DNA of 5,360 nucleotides from a virus: IMG/VR virus record IMGVR_UViG_3300045988_013481, positions 1 to 5,360 of that record; one strand, 5' to 3'. Shown piece by piece: positions 4,707 to 5,360 of this stretch (position 1 is its first letter; each line of letters starts with the position of its first letter). The notes under the pieces were generated by a model. It saw only the letters and a program-made list of their open reading frames with translations, ran no database searches and was not told where the DNA came from. The position numbers and the translations under genes were made by a program.

Positions 4707-4715
4707 TTTTCCACA
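4707..4715 (+). promoter_or_regulatory. Exact match to the relaxed DnaA box TTWTNCACA (TTTTCCACA)
   Basis: Seen directly in the sequence. It is immediately followed by GCCC and the CTA trinucleotide run. Confidence 0.4.
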
Positions 4716-4767
4716 GCCCCTACTACTACGGCTACAACAAGTTATATATAATAAGCGAAAATAAATA
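4716..4767 (-). promoter_or_regulatory. GC cluster + DnaA-trio-like trinucleotide run + AT-rich tract (candidate unwinding element)
   Basis: The + strand reads GCCC | CTA CTA CTA CGG CTA CAA CAA (4720-4740) | GTTATATATAATAAGCGAAAATAAATA (4 G/C in 27 nt). The minus strand therefore carries TAG (3'-GAT-5') repeats 5' of TGTGGAAAA. Confidence 0.35.
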
Positions 4768-4805
4768 GTGGGCCTAATCCTCTTCTTGATAGGATTAGGC
4801 CCACT
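4758..4805 (-). terminator. Rho-independent terminator after Rep
   Basis: A perfect 14-bp inverted repeat, GTGGGCCTAATCCT (4768-4781) with AGGATTAGGCCCAC (4791-4804), plus an A:T pair at 4767/4805. The loop is 9 nt. On the mRNA strand it is followed by UAUUUAUUUU. It starts 5 nt after the Rep stop codon. Confidence 0.8.
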
Positions 4806-4809
4806 GACA

Positions 4810-5360
4810 CTATAATAGCCCTCTGGCTTTTCTAAATCTCTGCTTCTTTGTCTCTTCCTCTACTTTTGCTTCCTGTTCTATGGTCAATCCTGTATTGGCC
4901 ATTTTGAGTTTTAAGGCGTTTATTGCGCTCGACTGTCGTTTTTCTTTTATGCTCCATAGGCTTTTCGGGTTTTCTTCTTCGTATTTTTTATCAAAGTACC
5001 TTGGTATCGGCCTTTTTTTACCGTTGAAGTATAGCCCATCATCTTTGTACATCTGCTCTTTATGGCTCGTGTAGTAGTCGTAGCCAAGACCCGGATTTCT
5101 TGACATACAACAATACGGCGGTGTTAAGCCTAGCTCTCTGTATCTTTTGTTGTCGTTACCGTATGTCTTTTTGGTTACATATCCGGCTACATAAGCCATT
5201 GTTTCTGGTGATGCTTCTGCGATGATGACGTTACCCATGCCCCAGATTTTGTTTATCTCTTCGCTTTCGAAGTACGGATTATCACCCCTTTTTTTCTTGA
5301 GGTCTGGTATCTCCAAACCATAATAAATGCCGTGATGATGTGGTCTTCCCGTGTTTTCGC
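4810..5360 (-). CDS. VP4: Replication initiation protein VP4 (Rep), C-terminal part; the frame stays open to the window end, and 5288-5360 duplicates 1-73
   Basis: The ORF-track protein begins at an in-frame TTG (5316) that is really Leu173 of Rep. It contains YVAGYVTKK (Tyr codons 5191-5193 and 5179-5181). This is the two-tyrosine catalytic motif 3, comparable to phiX174 A protein YVAKYVNK. Confidence 0.92.
   Translation of the reverse strand, partial: ENTGRPHHHGIYYGLEIPDLKKKRGDNPYFESEEINKIWGMGNVIIAEASPETMAYVAGYVTKKTYGNDNKRYRELGLTPPYCCMSRNPGLGYDYYTSHKEQMYKDDGLYFNGKKRPIPRYFDKKYEEENPKSLWSIKEKRQSSAINALKLKMANTGLTIEQEAKVEEETKKQRFRKARGLL
5288..5360. repeat. Terminal direct repeat, right copy (circular-assembly overlap)
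   Basis: Identical to 1-73. It lies inside the Rep coding frame, so it is an artefact of linearising a circle rather than a biological repeat. Confidence 0.97.

Larger units (their letters stand above)
4522..4707 (+). repeat. Iteron-like array: nine direct copies of TTTTCAACA (DnaA-box-like)
   Basis: Exact copies start at 4522, 4550, 4559, 4571, 4633 and 4645. Variants are GTTTCAACA at 4614, ATTTCAACA at 4622 and TTTTCAACT at 4699. All share one orientation. There are two tight clusters with 8-12 nt spacing. Confidence 0.85.
1..5287 (-). mobile_element. Complete circular ssDNA phage genome, family Microviridae, gokushovirus-like gene set; unit length 5,287 nt
   Basis: An exact 73-nt terminal overlap (1-73 = 5288-5360) closes the circle. 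The full microvirus core set (VP1, VP2, VP3, VP4, VP5-like, small basic protein) lies on one strand. The size is typical of Microviridae. Confidence 0.9.

Noticed and set aside
4522-4707. The repeat array considered as a CRISPR array or a tandem-repeat assembly artefact.
   Set aside because: The repeats are only 9 nt long, irregularly spaced (8-54 nt) and lack CRISPR-length repeats or spacers. The intervening sequences are unique, so collapse or expansion by an assembler is unlikely.
4655-4766. dif/XerCD-like integration motifs of the kind reported for lysogenic gokushoviruses: TTATGTTTTAAAT at 4680-4692 and ACAACAAGTTA-TATATA-ATAAGCGAAAA at 4734-4761.
   Set aside because: By eye, the arms match the remembered E. 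coli and B. subtilis dif arms at only about 4-5 of 11 positions, or require a 2-nt insertion, and they lack dyad symmetry. This is not enough to call a recombination site.
4735-4822. Similarity to the phiX174 origin. The gene-sense strand has AACTTG at 4744-4739. The + strand has CAACAAGTTATATATAATAA and ACACTATAATAGCC, which resemble the halves of CAACTTGATATTAATAACACTATAGACCAC.
   Set aside because: The longer matches are on the antisense strand, where Rep should not nick, and the hairpin separates them. The gene-sense match is a single hexamer that could arise by chance. The true Rep nick site remains unidentified.

Overview
This window is a complete circular Microviridae (gokushovirus-like) ssDNA phage genome plus an assembly overlap. 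Positions 1-73 are identical to 5288-5360, so the unit genome is 5,287 nt. All supportable genes are on the minus strand and form one compact transcription unit. In order: a textbook consensus promoter (4372-4400), three small ORFs of unknown function (61, 68 and 47 aa), a 39-aa basic DNA-binding protein, a VP5-like protein, VP3 scaffold, VP1 major capsid, a hairpin attenuator, VP2 pilot protein, VP4 rolling-circle Rep and a 15-bp terminator hairpin (4767-4805). Rep wraps around the window ends, and its N-terminal 545 nt are missing from the supplied ORF track. The most unusual part is the 463-nt non-coding region 4347-4809, which is large for a genome whose genes otherwise abut or overlap. 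It holds a 64% GC nested hairpin inside ~25% GC DNA. It also holds nine same-orientation copies of TTTTCAACA (one base off a DnaA box) and two exact TTTTCCACA DnaA-box matches in inverted orientation. One exact box is followed by a GC cluster, stacked CTA/TAG trinucleotides and an AT-rich tract, an arrangement that resembles a bacterial oriC unwinding module. All protein calls rest on remembered family motifs read by eye; no database search or folding was run.
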